The position numbers and the translations under genes were made by a program. Below, piece after piece: positions 1 through 11,528 of a stretch of 64,000 nucleotides of DNA. The notes beneath the pieces are model-generated. The model made no database searches and was not told the origin of the DNA. It was given only the letters and a program-made list of their open reading frames with translations. The stretch is taken from assembly GCF_000150275.1 (NCBI RefSeq), contig NW_002060949.1:1237836-1301835 (forward strand). Direction: 5' to 3'. The stretch comes from Trichoplax adhaerens (Eukaryota > Animalia > Placozoa). Numbering within the stretch: position 1 is the first letter of the stretch; each line of letters begins with the position of its first letter.

Positions 1-429
1 CACTTTAATAGGGTTAAATTTGCTAAGCTTATTTTATTCGATATTTCTGCAATGTATTGTAATTATTTTTATAAGTCAGATCAATCATATAAATATTACC
101 TATATTGGTTATCTATCTATTTCAGTACTGGCAATAAACCATTCTCAAATAGCTCTGGCATGTCTCAGTTATTGCGAACATATTTACTACATGCATGTTA
201 GTAGCAACTTTTAGTTTGTGGCAATTGTAAATCTTAAATGCACGTAACAGCATCCAATGCAAATGCAATGATGCTCGCTATGAACAATTTACACAACCTC
301 ATTCTACCTTCTTTAAGTGCAAATTTCTACATGAAACATACACATTAGGGTAGTTCGATACAGATTGATTTACTTAATACGATTTACTTTCAGCACTTGT
401 TTCAAAAATAAAATTTCACTCAACTTTAT

Positions 430-800
430 GCCGTCCGTATGCGTGCGACGGTGCAATTGACTAAAACTCATTTCGGTTAAATACAATACTGTACTGTACG
501 GTGATAGCGTGGTACTATGCGGTTGACTGACCGGCTGACACGCATAGCACGTGCGCGTGCTGACGTGATACGTTCGCGTCACTTACGTCTTTGTCTTAGT
601 GGGTTGAAGTTTCAAATAAGTTTCAGCCTCCAAAAAACGCACATACTGTACGTAACACAGTACAGCACATGATACAAGTACTCTGTCTACTTTATATTGC
701 TGAGAGTACACCCAATAATTCGAAGGTCATATCCGCAATGTGCGTCATACCTGTGTGACCTATATACGTACGTGCGTGCGAATGAATGAAAATTTGCAAA
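430..800. promoter_or_regulatory. CpG-enriched putative promoter upstream of the SYCP2-like gene
   Basis: Local excess of CG dinucleotides, an E-box CACGTG (548-553), a TGACGT half-CRE and TACTG tracts. A probable 5' UTR intron (GT 860 to AG 1003) lies just before ATG 1014. Confidence 0.4.
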
Positions 801-1013
801 AATCCTCTTTGAATCTTCTAAGAAAAAATTTTCAAAGGAAACTTCTTGCTAGATTCAAGGTTAGTAATTACTACTAGTTTTTTTTAAGAGAAATTGTCTA
901 GTGCTGTATGTGCGCTCATTGCAAAACGAAATTATATTAAAACATATCTTGGAAACTTTTTAAATAACCATACCGCAGCCTCAAATTGTATCTGTTTCTG
1001 TAGCTTCCGGAAA

Positions 1014-4000
1014 ATGGCAGTTAATTTAGCCAGCAACGGCAAATGCGTATCGTTTAAGCAGGTAAGTTGCAAAATGTTACTACTGTTTGTAATACTCTTA
1101 TTTTTGGCTATCAACTCACCGCTTTGAATACCAATTCTTTTTAAAACTTATTATGAATTTATTTAGCTTCTGCTTCAATTATCCCAATCTGTCGATGGCC
1201 ACAAACATTTTCTTGCTTTAGCGAAATTGGCCAATAGAAACGGATTAAGTGATAATTTGTGGGAGGATTTGAATCAAGAAAATCGTTTTCACTGGATGTA
1301 TACGTCCTGGAAAAAATCACTATGCTTTGTAAGAATTTAACCAAGACTACAGCCACAGGCTTTAACTAGTGTAAATAATGAACAATTATGTTCTGCCGAA
1401 ACTTATAATGAATACGCGTATAGCTATTTATACAGTATTATGTCGGTATTTATATACTGTGACGGCTCATGAAATTTGTGGCAAGTAAATTTATGTCCCA
1501 TTCTCAGATACATAAATATGCGGCATTACTGTAAATATATCTGTGCTGTAAGGTGGTCTTAGAAGTGCAACTTTTAATATACTAATTTATATTCGGAATC
1601 ACAGTTTATAGAAAAAAACCTGGAAGATAGTGTCCGTCTGTGTATGATATTTATGAAGAAAGTTGTCAATATTCTATGCAGAAATGAAGACGCTATCAAC
1701 AAATTATTTGAATGGGAAATTATAGTTGTTATACCAATCTTTATACGCATTAAAGCTAATGATTCAATTTTTGAAATCCATACGCTAACCTTAATATACG
1801 CATACGTATTTAGTAGAGTAAACAGAGTATCTATGGATAATTTTGATACTTAGCCAATTCTGTTTTAAAATTGATTACCTCCCCGTTGAAAGCAATGATA
1901 AATTATTGCTTTAGTCGTAACATATACATTCTTAGAACGGTAATAGTTGAGAAAAATTCCCTTTCATAAAATTTTGCACATAAAATATAGTAAATGGAAC
2001 TAATAATATGATAAACTGAACTAATATAACAATTACTGTTAGTACTGTACTATAGCTTTTGAATGTTTGGCAGAAGTAATAGCGTATGAAAGCTAAATAT
2101 TGGTTAACATTCCGCTGCGCACCATACTGTACTGTACCGTAATAATATGCTTACCGCCAATAGCTAATACCTTCGCCTTGCGATATTTCATCGATTCACA
2201 TGACATGTAAAACTTTAAGATTTATATGACAATTGTGCATGGAATTCTCTTGCTTTCCATATCTTACATTAGTAAAGTAATTAGGACTGTACCGCAGCTA
2301 CCAAACAGTCAAACAGGAAATTCGGAGGAAATATTACGTGAAACGCTGACTATTGTTGCGGTAAGTTTAGATATGTCTTGCTTTCTATAGTTGCCTAACT
2401 TATTTCAGTAATTCTAGTGGCTAACATTAGATACAATATTAAAGCAATAAATTAAGTAATACTATCTTTTCTACCTGTTGCATCCAGTATTCAACAATGA
2501 ATCATTCTGAACGTAAGTATTATCTTGGTCAACAGTGTTGATACGCTGAGCAATATGGAAACACCCAACATTTATTTAACTTCTACTAATGATGTCATTT
2601 CAATGGTGTAATTTGAATTAATTGCATTATTGCTGTCTGCCTTGCAATATAATATACTTTCAGATAGAAAATCTGTTATTGTTTTAATACCCGATATTAT
2701 TAAGGCCCTCTTTGCTGTCAACCTGAGTTTTAATTGTAAAGATCAGGTACTTTTTTAATCTTATACTGTATATCTTTATAGCTACTACTTGTATTTATTC
2801 AGACAGTATTCTTTATCAAATTACATGTACTAATTAATATACCTAAATATACCCATGTAAAGGATTATATTATTGGATGTATAGTAACATACTATATATA
2901 CTATTTTGTTAAGGGTATGACACTTATTAGCATACTGCTGAACGACGTTCCCAGCTCAAGACTAAGCCATTTATGGAAACTAGTCAAATGTCACTTTACT
3001 AATTTGATATCATTTTTGAGCATGGCTGGTGATTATGAACTGCAAAGAGCAACCATAGACACATTATTTCACTTGACAAGAGTCCATGAACGCAAAGTCT
3101 TTGCAAAAAAAGTTTTCAAAAACTCTCCACAATTACTAACAAATTTTCTAGCAATGGACGAAAACCGTTTTGAAGCTGTAATGACTGTATACATAGAAGT
3201 ATTTATAATCAGTAATCAATAATTCATAAAAGTATTTCTTGTTGTACTAGACATGTAGAAGTTTTCTGAACACTTTTAATTCTCAGGGTGATGTCTGCAA
3301 AAGGTTTGTCATATCTGTGTTTTATTTTGATTACTCATAATCCAATCTCAAAAGCATATCAAAAATTGTATTTCTTTTATGCATATGGTATGCCCCAGAG
3401 TTATATCGATTCCCTGTGAAAAAATAATGATTGGAAAGAAAGAGTTTAAGCCTATAGGTATGGAAGAAGATAACTCATGGGTTGACTTCAATAGTGGTAG
3501 CAGATCCATAAAGCTTTATCTTGATGCTTGTCAATTCGAGGTAGAAGTGTTCAAATTAGTACTACTTTTAATTTCGATGGTATAGTGATTATTTCTCAAA
3601 ACAATTTTGGTATAGGAAACCGAAAGTGAGTGGGATGTCATTATTATTAAGGATCAAATTGTAAAAACCCATGTTATTAAAGAGGGTTAGTAATATGCTA
3701 AATAAAACTAATTGTTTTTATCTATCTTGAAGCTTTATTAGCAAGGTGTTAATACCACTTTAATAATGCTACAAATTTTATCTTAATATACTGTAGATAT
3801 GGCTAATATTAAGGTTTTGGTTTTACATCTTCGCGTACCAATCAGTTCCCTATTACCACGATTTCCAAAGTCGACTAATAAAATTCTTGAAATTATATTT
3901 CAAGAAAAATATATCTGATTTTAACACTGCTCTATGCAGACTATAGTGTTACAGTTACGCATTGAATTAACCTTTCTCAAACCTTTATTGCTCAAGACTT

Positions 4001-7000
4001 CGTTAATTGAAACTATTAAGTCATCTTCTGATATATTTATATATATACTTGTCGTTGTTACCTTAACATAACCGACATAATATTGCAAGTGCTTGTACAC
4101 ATGTATTCCTTACATCGAGATGTTCATCCTTACGACAGAAAGATGTACGACATAATGTAGAAATCGTTCTCTCTAATATAAAATATTGTTTAGCAACGCT
4201 CCGTTTCCTAAATATATATACTACTCTTAATCACTTTAGGTATTGCAAAATTATCGCCCAAAGACATCAATAACGGAACGATCGTTACGATTGTCTAGTG
4301 TGAAAAGCGATCAGAAAATGGTACAACTATTAACACACTATCTAATAATTATTCTTTGATTATTCCTTGAATTAATTTCCAATGTCTACCTCACAGACAA
4401 ATGAAAAACATAATATCAGTCGTAACGATCATAGAGTAGAATCTTTAGACAGCTCTTTAGATAATAAAGACTTCACTACATCAACAAGAAATTTCGAAAT
4501 GAGCCTTGGAAAGTTAACAGATGAATGCGATCACGTTGTTCCTAAAGGTAAATGTTTCTATTCGGATGCATTTATTAGATACACACTGATGCATTGCTAA
4601 ATATTATTACGTGGATTACAAATCATCAGAGACATATATCCTAATACAAGTACAGCAGAACATCTATAAGGGATCAGATGTTATTACATATTAATATTCT
4701 GCATATACGGTATAATTTATTATTCAATGTAAGATAACATTCTTTGGCATAAATTTTTCTTTAATTACAGAGACGTCATTGAAACCCGAATTAAACGAAA
4801 ATAGGCTGGTAAATGTTGCATTTTCGGTTTAATTGGTTCTTGTCCGCTATACGCATTGTGTTTATTATATGATGATATGTCGATTGATTCTGCTATCTAT
4901 GACTTAACAAACAGAACGACAAACCGGACTTACAGTTACCACTATCAATGTTACATGAAACTGATAAAAATATCGAGGAAATAGAACTTGATAATTGTCT
5001 CAATTCCGCTTTGTCCCTAAGTAGTAATAATACTAAGGACAGCAATATCATATTCACCGAGAGCTCAAATGAGACTTTGAGAAGCGAAAATCCTATTTCT
5101 AATAAGTCTTGGGAAAGTAGTAAAGTCTTTCAAGAAAATAGTGATGTAGTGCTGTCATCGCCACGCCTATTTTCAAACGATAATCAAATGTTAAGCAAAA
5201 ATAATGGAAGAAACCGTGACGATAGTGATTCCGGACTTGGATTTTCACCAAAAAGAGTAAATATGGAATTGATGAGATCTTTTGAATCAGATCCTAAGGA
5301 AATTACACATACAATTGCAGAAGACTCAAGGAATTTTAGCAGCTCCAACACATCTGAGGAAATACAATCTTCTCAATTTAAGGATAGAAAATTAGATACA
5401 TTCGAATGTAAAATCCAACAACATCCAACTACTTACAGCAACCTTGAAAGTTTAATGTTATCATTTAGAGAAAAATGCAAGGTTCAACAATAGAAAAGTA
5501 TATTTTTTATTCTGAGGATTGTTATTGACTGTTTTTATTGTAATTATCAAAGGGTATAATAAATGACTCTACAGATATTGATGAAAAGGATGCACAACAT
5601 TCGACAGAATTTCAAGACGCAAATAATAATGGCATCCAAGTTGATCATGTAAGCCATTTGTTGCAAAGTTGCTTTATTTAATACGAACTGATTAGAGTCA
5701 AAAACCCATAAGTAATTTTAGTGAAATGATGTAAATTTGCAATGACCATAGTGGGATATAAGGAACGATACGCAAAAAAGACAGGCAAATGAGACACGCA
5801 AATGTAATAGAAAAGTGATGACGCCTACTTGGGATAGTATGGATGTACCACAACAATCGGTGAGTAATAAGGCATTCAACAATTGGACAAGATTTTAGTT
5901 ATAAAAACTTCTTTTGAAGTTTTATACGAGCGCGTGTCTCGTGCCCGAAGTGTTGTAATTTCTACACTTGCAGAGTATTGGATTACATCGACAAAAATGC
6001 ATCTTTTATTCTACTTCAAATGATATTCAAGATGTGTTTATTATATGATAGTAATATCTATGCTAATTTTTGTTTGCTGGCTTACGATTTAACTGGCCTA
6101 AATTTACAGTAAAGTAGGATAAAAAATGATTGCTATTTTCTTTAGGCTAAGGTCGATGTATCTAAAGAAACCAATAAACATAAGAAGAGAAAAACCGGTA
6201 CGAGCTGAAGCTAATAATGCATCTATTGTTATGCGTGTATTATGCACTATTGTAAAATTCTTAATTCTTAACTAGATCTTACTACTATTAGATGTTATTG
6301 GATTAGTAAATTGCTTCAAATCTCTGAATCTTTGAAAGTCTTTACTAATCAAAAATTTGCTTAAAGATGCGAGATCCGAGAAGAGGAATGATTCCATGAG
6401 TAATTGCTCAATTACGCGAAAAAAGTTAGTAATAACTTTCTACTCTTAAAAGACATAGAGATGATTGCAATTTTTTTCACAGTACCAAAAATTTTTTGAA
6501 GGAATGATGTCGGCGAATTCGCTAATAAATATCGAAAGGACACGAAGCCAGAGATAGTAAGAAAACATTTAGGTTGCAACTGTATGTTCAGTTTAAATCT
6601 AATTGCAGCCTTTCACATGATTTATCAATGGAATATTGCTGGATTCTTGGGTGAAAAATAGAAGCAACAACTAGTAGAAACCGTAACGTATCAAGCAACA
6701 GAACACCTTTTGGAAATATTCGATAGCCAAAAAGCTGAAAGGTACTAAAACTTTGCTTGCTACAAGATCGATCTAAGTGTAATCATGGCGTCCTTTTGAT
6801 ATAAAAAAGACGGCATTTAATAGACAATTGTAGCCAAAAGCTTGCAAGTTTAACTACCGATACCAAGGATACCAGTGTAATTGAGGCTGAACGTGATTTT
6901 TTGGTCAGTATTTTAGTGTACCTGACATCTACAAAACGTATGCATATTTTAAAAATAGTTTAAGACCTTATGATTTATATAGCAGCTATTGTCTGTGTAT

Positions 7001-7782
7001 TGTCCATTTCACGTATTATAATTATTACTGTAGATGTAAAAATTTTAGAAATTAAGGAAATATTTGAGTTTACGCATTGACAGAATTTATAATAAAATAG
7101 ATACCTTGATTTACTAGAAACTTACTTGCACTAACTAGCAAATTAGGGTTGGAATAAACAGAATAAATCATGTCCTTGGAAGACTAAGGTATTGCTAAGT
7201 TACATATTGCTTTTACAGGCTTCTTTCAAACATTTTGTGACCACTTCCCGATTATCTCGGGAACATAATCAAGAAAAGTACGTATACATGCATATCGCAG
7301 GATGTTCGTTTATAAACAGTGAACTTTAACTGCGACCGTGAACGATTTTTTTAAATCTCAGAATGGGTGACATAGTAGAGACATTTGACGAGTTTGATGA
7401 GCATTTCCATAAATTGGAAATCAAGCACCACCAGGATCAAGTAGGAGTTGATACCTTAGTTTGTTCAAATCCACCTTTTTCTGTCTTTGATATTACATTT
7501 CTTAACACACTTATACGCGCTAGTCATAACAAGAGATTTTATACTCGTAGGAGCTCATAGGTAACTCAATACGAGATCAATTGAAGAAGCTACATATGAT
7601 AGCTCTTAAAGAAACGGTATGGAATACTAGCGAATTTATTAATATTTAATTAATTTATTGAAGTATGTTTCCGGAAGCATATTGTAACTCTCATGACTAT
7701 TAAACTACAGCAACAGGACGAAATGCTTCTGGTTCGAAAGTCACTGTTATCGGCGATTGGATTAGGAGATAGTTCTAGTTAA
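1014..7782 (+). CDS. SYCP2: SYCP2-like synaptonemal complex axial element protein (multi-exon; span includes introns)
   Basis: Spliced exons give MAVNLASNGKCVSFKQ...AGDYELQRATIDTLFHL...ENRFEA-TCRSFLNTFN...VISIPC...SWVDFNSGSRSIKLYL...SEWDVIII...NKILEIIF. These match the SYCP2 armadillo-like and PH-like N-terminal motifs (AGDYDLQ, FETDCRIFLN, WIDFNLGS). An S/N/D-rich disordered middle follows (ORF 4948-5493), then a coiled-coil tail ending LKETQQDEMLLVRKSLLSAIGLGDSSS* (TAA 7780-7782). The start codon and several internal junctions are uncertain. Confidence 0.85.
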
Positions 7783-8114
7783 TCTATAGTTATCAGCCAC
7801 AACTTTAGATTCACACTGTCAAGTCAAAGTCTTTAATTGACATTTAAATTTTACGTCGTTTATAATTCATGTTAAGACTAATCAGCTGTGCTGTCTTTGC
7901 AACAAAAAGGTCTATCTTACTTTTAAGATCCTGATATCATTGATCAAGTTATTAAAGTGCATTTATATGAAGTTTCATCTACACACATAATGATGATATA
8001 TCTAATATGATACAGTTTTGAGAAGAATAATCCGTATAATATTTTCGTTAAATCTTTATGTAGTACCAATTGCTGATAGTTTTTGTAACAAGTTTAAAGC
8101 ATACGAAGTAAAAT

Positions 8115-9528
8115 TCAGCTTGGTTTTGGACATCCTGCAACTATTCTCTGTTTGTATTGTATTCCTAATAGTAGAGGAATAAAAATTAAAAATTATTTTA
8201 GCTCGAACATGCAAATAAACCTTTAATGTAGGACGAATTATTTTTATAAAATTAGATAAAATTAGAACAGTTGTTACCGTACCTAAGCCCTTCACAAATC
8301 CAACTAAATTTTTGTAGTTCTGACCGTGATCACAGTACGCACCAGCAATTTGTGAGATAGAAAATCCCTATTCACAGATGTATTCAAGATTAACAAGACG
8401 TAACCCGAAATTATTTAAGCTAGTCTTACTTTAGCAACACTTGTTGAGTTATCCATTTTATAGATCGCAATGTTGAGGGTGTCATTGTACTTGTGGACTT
8501 TCGTGCGATGTATTGCCTATATTGTCATAGGATAAATTTCCATATAACATTGATACATGCGATTTAAGTATTTGTTTATAATAAAGCATACAGTGTTGGT
8601 CAATGACGTTATGGTTTACGGTATTAAGGAACTATGAAGATCCTGATAGATTAACTATGATATCACAGAGCTATGAAATTGGTATTACCATGAGTGGCGC
8701 AAATAGAGTACAGGTATTAATCATACAATTGGTTTCCTACCTGTAGCAAATACTGGACATTTTCAGGATTCTTAAACGTTGTTAAATTGGATCCTTTAAC
8801 GAATTTATAACGATGATCTGCTCCACCTGAAAATCAACATCAAAACTTCAGATAATTAAGCTATCAAGTGTCCACTATATTGTATGTATGCGTATGTTAA
8901 TAAATCATAAGTTTCCTCACTGTAGTGGATACAAAATTTTATACGTTTTTAGCAATATATAGCTTTTAGAGATTACCTTTCATGAAATTTGTAACCATTA
9001 GTTGATAAATTTTATCTGCTGCGCTTTTACCAGGTGCTAGTGAGATAAGAAAGATAACAGACAATTTACGTAAGCATGCAATGCAATACTCTCATTTTGT
9101 AAATTGGAAATATTTAAAATTAATTATTTTCACTAGCAGCACAAATCCATCGTGTTGTAGACAACTGTCCTGATTCAGTGCATCTTTTTGACAATTTATC
9201 TTATTTTATTTAACATATTTGTATCATTGCCACTAGTACACACGGATCATTCCTCTTTTGACTCTTTCATCAAAGAGGTCCATATATAATTATACATATT
9301 TATCTCCCATGCAAGTTTTCTGATGATTCACTATAGATTATCGCGCTGAAAAATAGTTATATAATAATTATAACTCAATAAACTAGGAATAATCATCTCT
9401 TCTCACAATAAATCTAGTCTAAAAATTTATACACGTAGATACATAAATGTATTACAAGGACAGATTATTTATTATTTATGAATAAACCATGTATAAACTT
9501 ACTGAATGACCACATTAGAGTGCAGCAT
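8115..9528 (-). CDS. Uncharacterised multi-exon gene; 5' part unresolved, possibly degenerate
   Basis: Six GT-AG-bounded exons (9199-9134, 9036-8977, 8826-8741, 8516-8430, 8367-8283, 8164-8115) splice in frame to ~140 aa: KLSKRCTESGQLSTTRWICAATPGKSAADKIYQLMVTNFMKGGADHRYKF...AYCDHGQNYKNLVGFVKGLGIQYKQRIVAGCPKPS*. The upstream segments (9528-9200) give stops in every frame I tried. Confidence 0.55.
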
Positions 9529-10309
9529 GCGTTACCTGTAACGAAAAATTCAGATACGTTAGACGTTTTTCTTCATTTATGATGCAAAATTTTACGCTAA
9601 GTATATCATATCGGTATACTGTACAGTATGTATGTATGTACTATATTTACAGAGTGATGTCATGAACCACTAAAAGTAAAAGTGTTAGTGATTGATGGTA
9701 AAGTTGTAGATTGTATTTACAGTATTTACTGTAAGTACGTGTATACTATTTTAAGTCCAGTATATCCTGCTATTCGCATAGTTCGTTTGCGTTTTTGAAT
9801 GATTGATCAACAATGCTGTAACTTGCAAAAGTTATGAAAGCAAATGAGGCACTACGTACAGTATTTATGCGTTTATATAATTATAAATAATCAAGCTACG
9901 ACAGACTCAAGTTCGTATCATGCGATTAGAAAAACAATTAATTTAGGACAAGCTAATTTGGCGCTTGAATTATGCTCAAGTAAAGTGCTGTACAGCCTGT
10001 ACTGTACTTACCACAGGTTCCACAGTCTACATTTTTGCAATCTGGTGGCTGACAACCAATTACAATCGCAATCAAGATAGATAAAAGAGCAAAATATCGA
10101 ATTAGAGCCATTTTGTATAATTTTGAGAGTTGGGAACGGCTACTTCTCTAATTTTTGTGTTCTAATCGCCTTATAACGTTGAGCGTGATCAATCGTATCT
10201 GATGAGTCAACCACTTCTTAAACTACAGTACTTTACTCAAGTATCCCTTCATCAAATTCTTCTTTAGAACTCTGCTAAATATGCACTATTTACTTCATGT
10301 GCAGTGTCC

Positions 10310-11430
10310 TGCATTCAATACTATACAGTACAGTATTGCGTACATACTGTACGCAATACTTATATATTCCGTATACTGTACAGTATACGTATAAGTAAAA
10401 CAGTAGTAAGAAACTTCTCCCATTGCTTAATGTAGAGTATTTAACATACGGAAATCTCGTGACTTTTCGACGACTCGTACTTGGCTCATTTATGGATTTC
10501 ATCTTACTACTCTACTGTACAGTACTGTATCATGGACTATTTACAGTAGTCGGAGTGGGCTTACAGTACAGAACACTACTGTACTGTACTGTACTATGCA
10601 CTGTACAGTCTACAGTACTGCACACTGTACAGGTACTGTACTGTACCGTATGTAGTCGATGACAGTGTACTGTACAGTACAGTACTGTACATACAGTGTC
10701 AAATATAGTACAGTATGTACAGTAATGTGGTGACTTTGTCATTTTTCCAGTTGCTCTACAGCATACTGTACTAGACAAAATCAACCATAGACTTGTAGTA
10801 GTCCATGAATCAGCCTGGCTGACTGGATATCAAGAGCGGATAGATAGTATACCGTTGCATATAGGCTGCATCTGATATGATCCCTTTTAGTACAGTAACC
10901 TCTGGTAGAATTAAGCATTAATATATGCTAAGTACAGTAGTTGAATAACTAGAAATCTCATAGCATGGTGTGGCTTGTGCGGGTTAAGCTACAGTATAGT
11001 AGTTAGCATGGACAAGGACTACTGTACTAAAAAGTTACTGAACCTCTGACAGGTCTATTGACAAATGGTAATACTATCTGTTAAATGAGCACATTATCGT
11101 AAACCGTCAGCAAAGCGACGGGAGTTTGCACTAGTACTGTAGAAAATATAGAAAATAATACGAGTACAGTACAGTACTGTACATTGGTAATTACCTTTTA
11201 CCCTAATGAACTAAAAATGGTACCGTACTGTACTGTCAGGGACTGCTTGACTACTGTACACTGTACATTACAGTACCTTGGTCTTCTATAAATCGGATAT
11301 ACAGTACTAATCTAATAAATCTACAGTAAAAACTATACTCTACACTACTGTACTGTACTGTACTGTACACTGTACAGTACAAGTGTACAGTACACTAATA
11401 AGAGAATTTTTCTATACTGTACAGGTACAG
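10310..11430. repeat. ACAGT/TACTG pentamer low-complexity tracts built around the palindrome TACTGTACAGTA
   Basis: Dense tracts at ~10320-10390, ~10505-10725 and ~11160-11430, e.g. tactgtactgtactgtactatgcactgtacagtctacagtactg. Confidence 0.85.
11028..11138 (+). mobile_element. ~110 bp dispersed repeat, copy 1; Helitron-like 3' terminus
   Basis: Near-identical to the reverse complement of 38897-39004 (one 3-bp indel, one substitution). Ends in a GC hairpin CCGTC-AGCAAAGC-GACGG, followed 10 nt later by CTAG then T, the canonical Helitron 3' layout. Confidence 0.65.
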
Positions 11431-11528
11431 TACTGTTAAAGCAAGCGGGCAGATATCCACATCAACACGCATGCCCATTATTCGAGACTACAGCACTCGC
11501 AGCAACCATCACTAAATTAATTTTAAAG

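Noticed and set aside
235-471. Possible first exons of a divergent minus-strand gene (MRLCKLFIASIIAFALDAV, signal-peptide-like)
   Set aside because: It could not be extended in frame within the window and has no recognisable homology; sequence beyond the left edge is needed.
9130-9260. Fragments DGFVLL and PCVLV resembling a Ras/Rap GTPase
   Set aside because: The motifs are in the wrong order and are separated by stops, there is no P-loop or NKxD, and another frame splices cleanly.
10290-10784. ORFs rich in Y/C/T/V and the regular look of the repeats (possible CRISPR array or Cys-rich protein)
   Set aside because: They are translations of TACTG/ACAGT low-complexity DNA; there is no fixed repeat-spacer structure and the context is eukaryotic.
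10530-10808. TCATGGACTA/TAGTCCATGA inverted pair as MITE ends
   Set aside because: Only 10 bp perfect with no target-site duplication, and a near-identical word occurs by chance in a TRIT1 exon.
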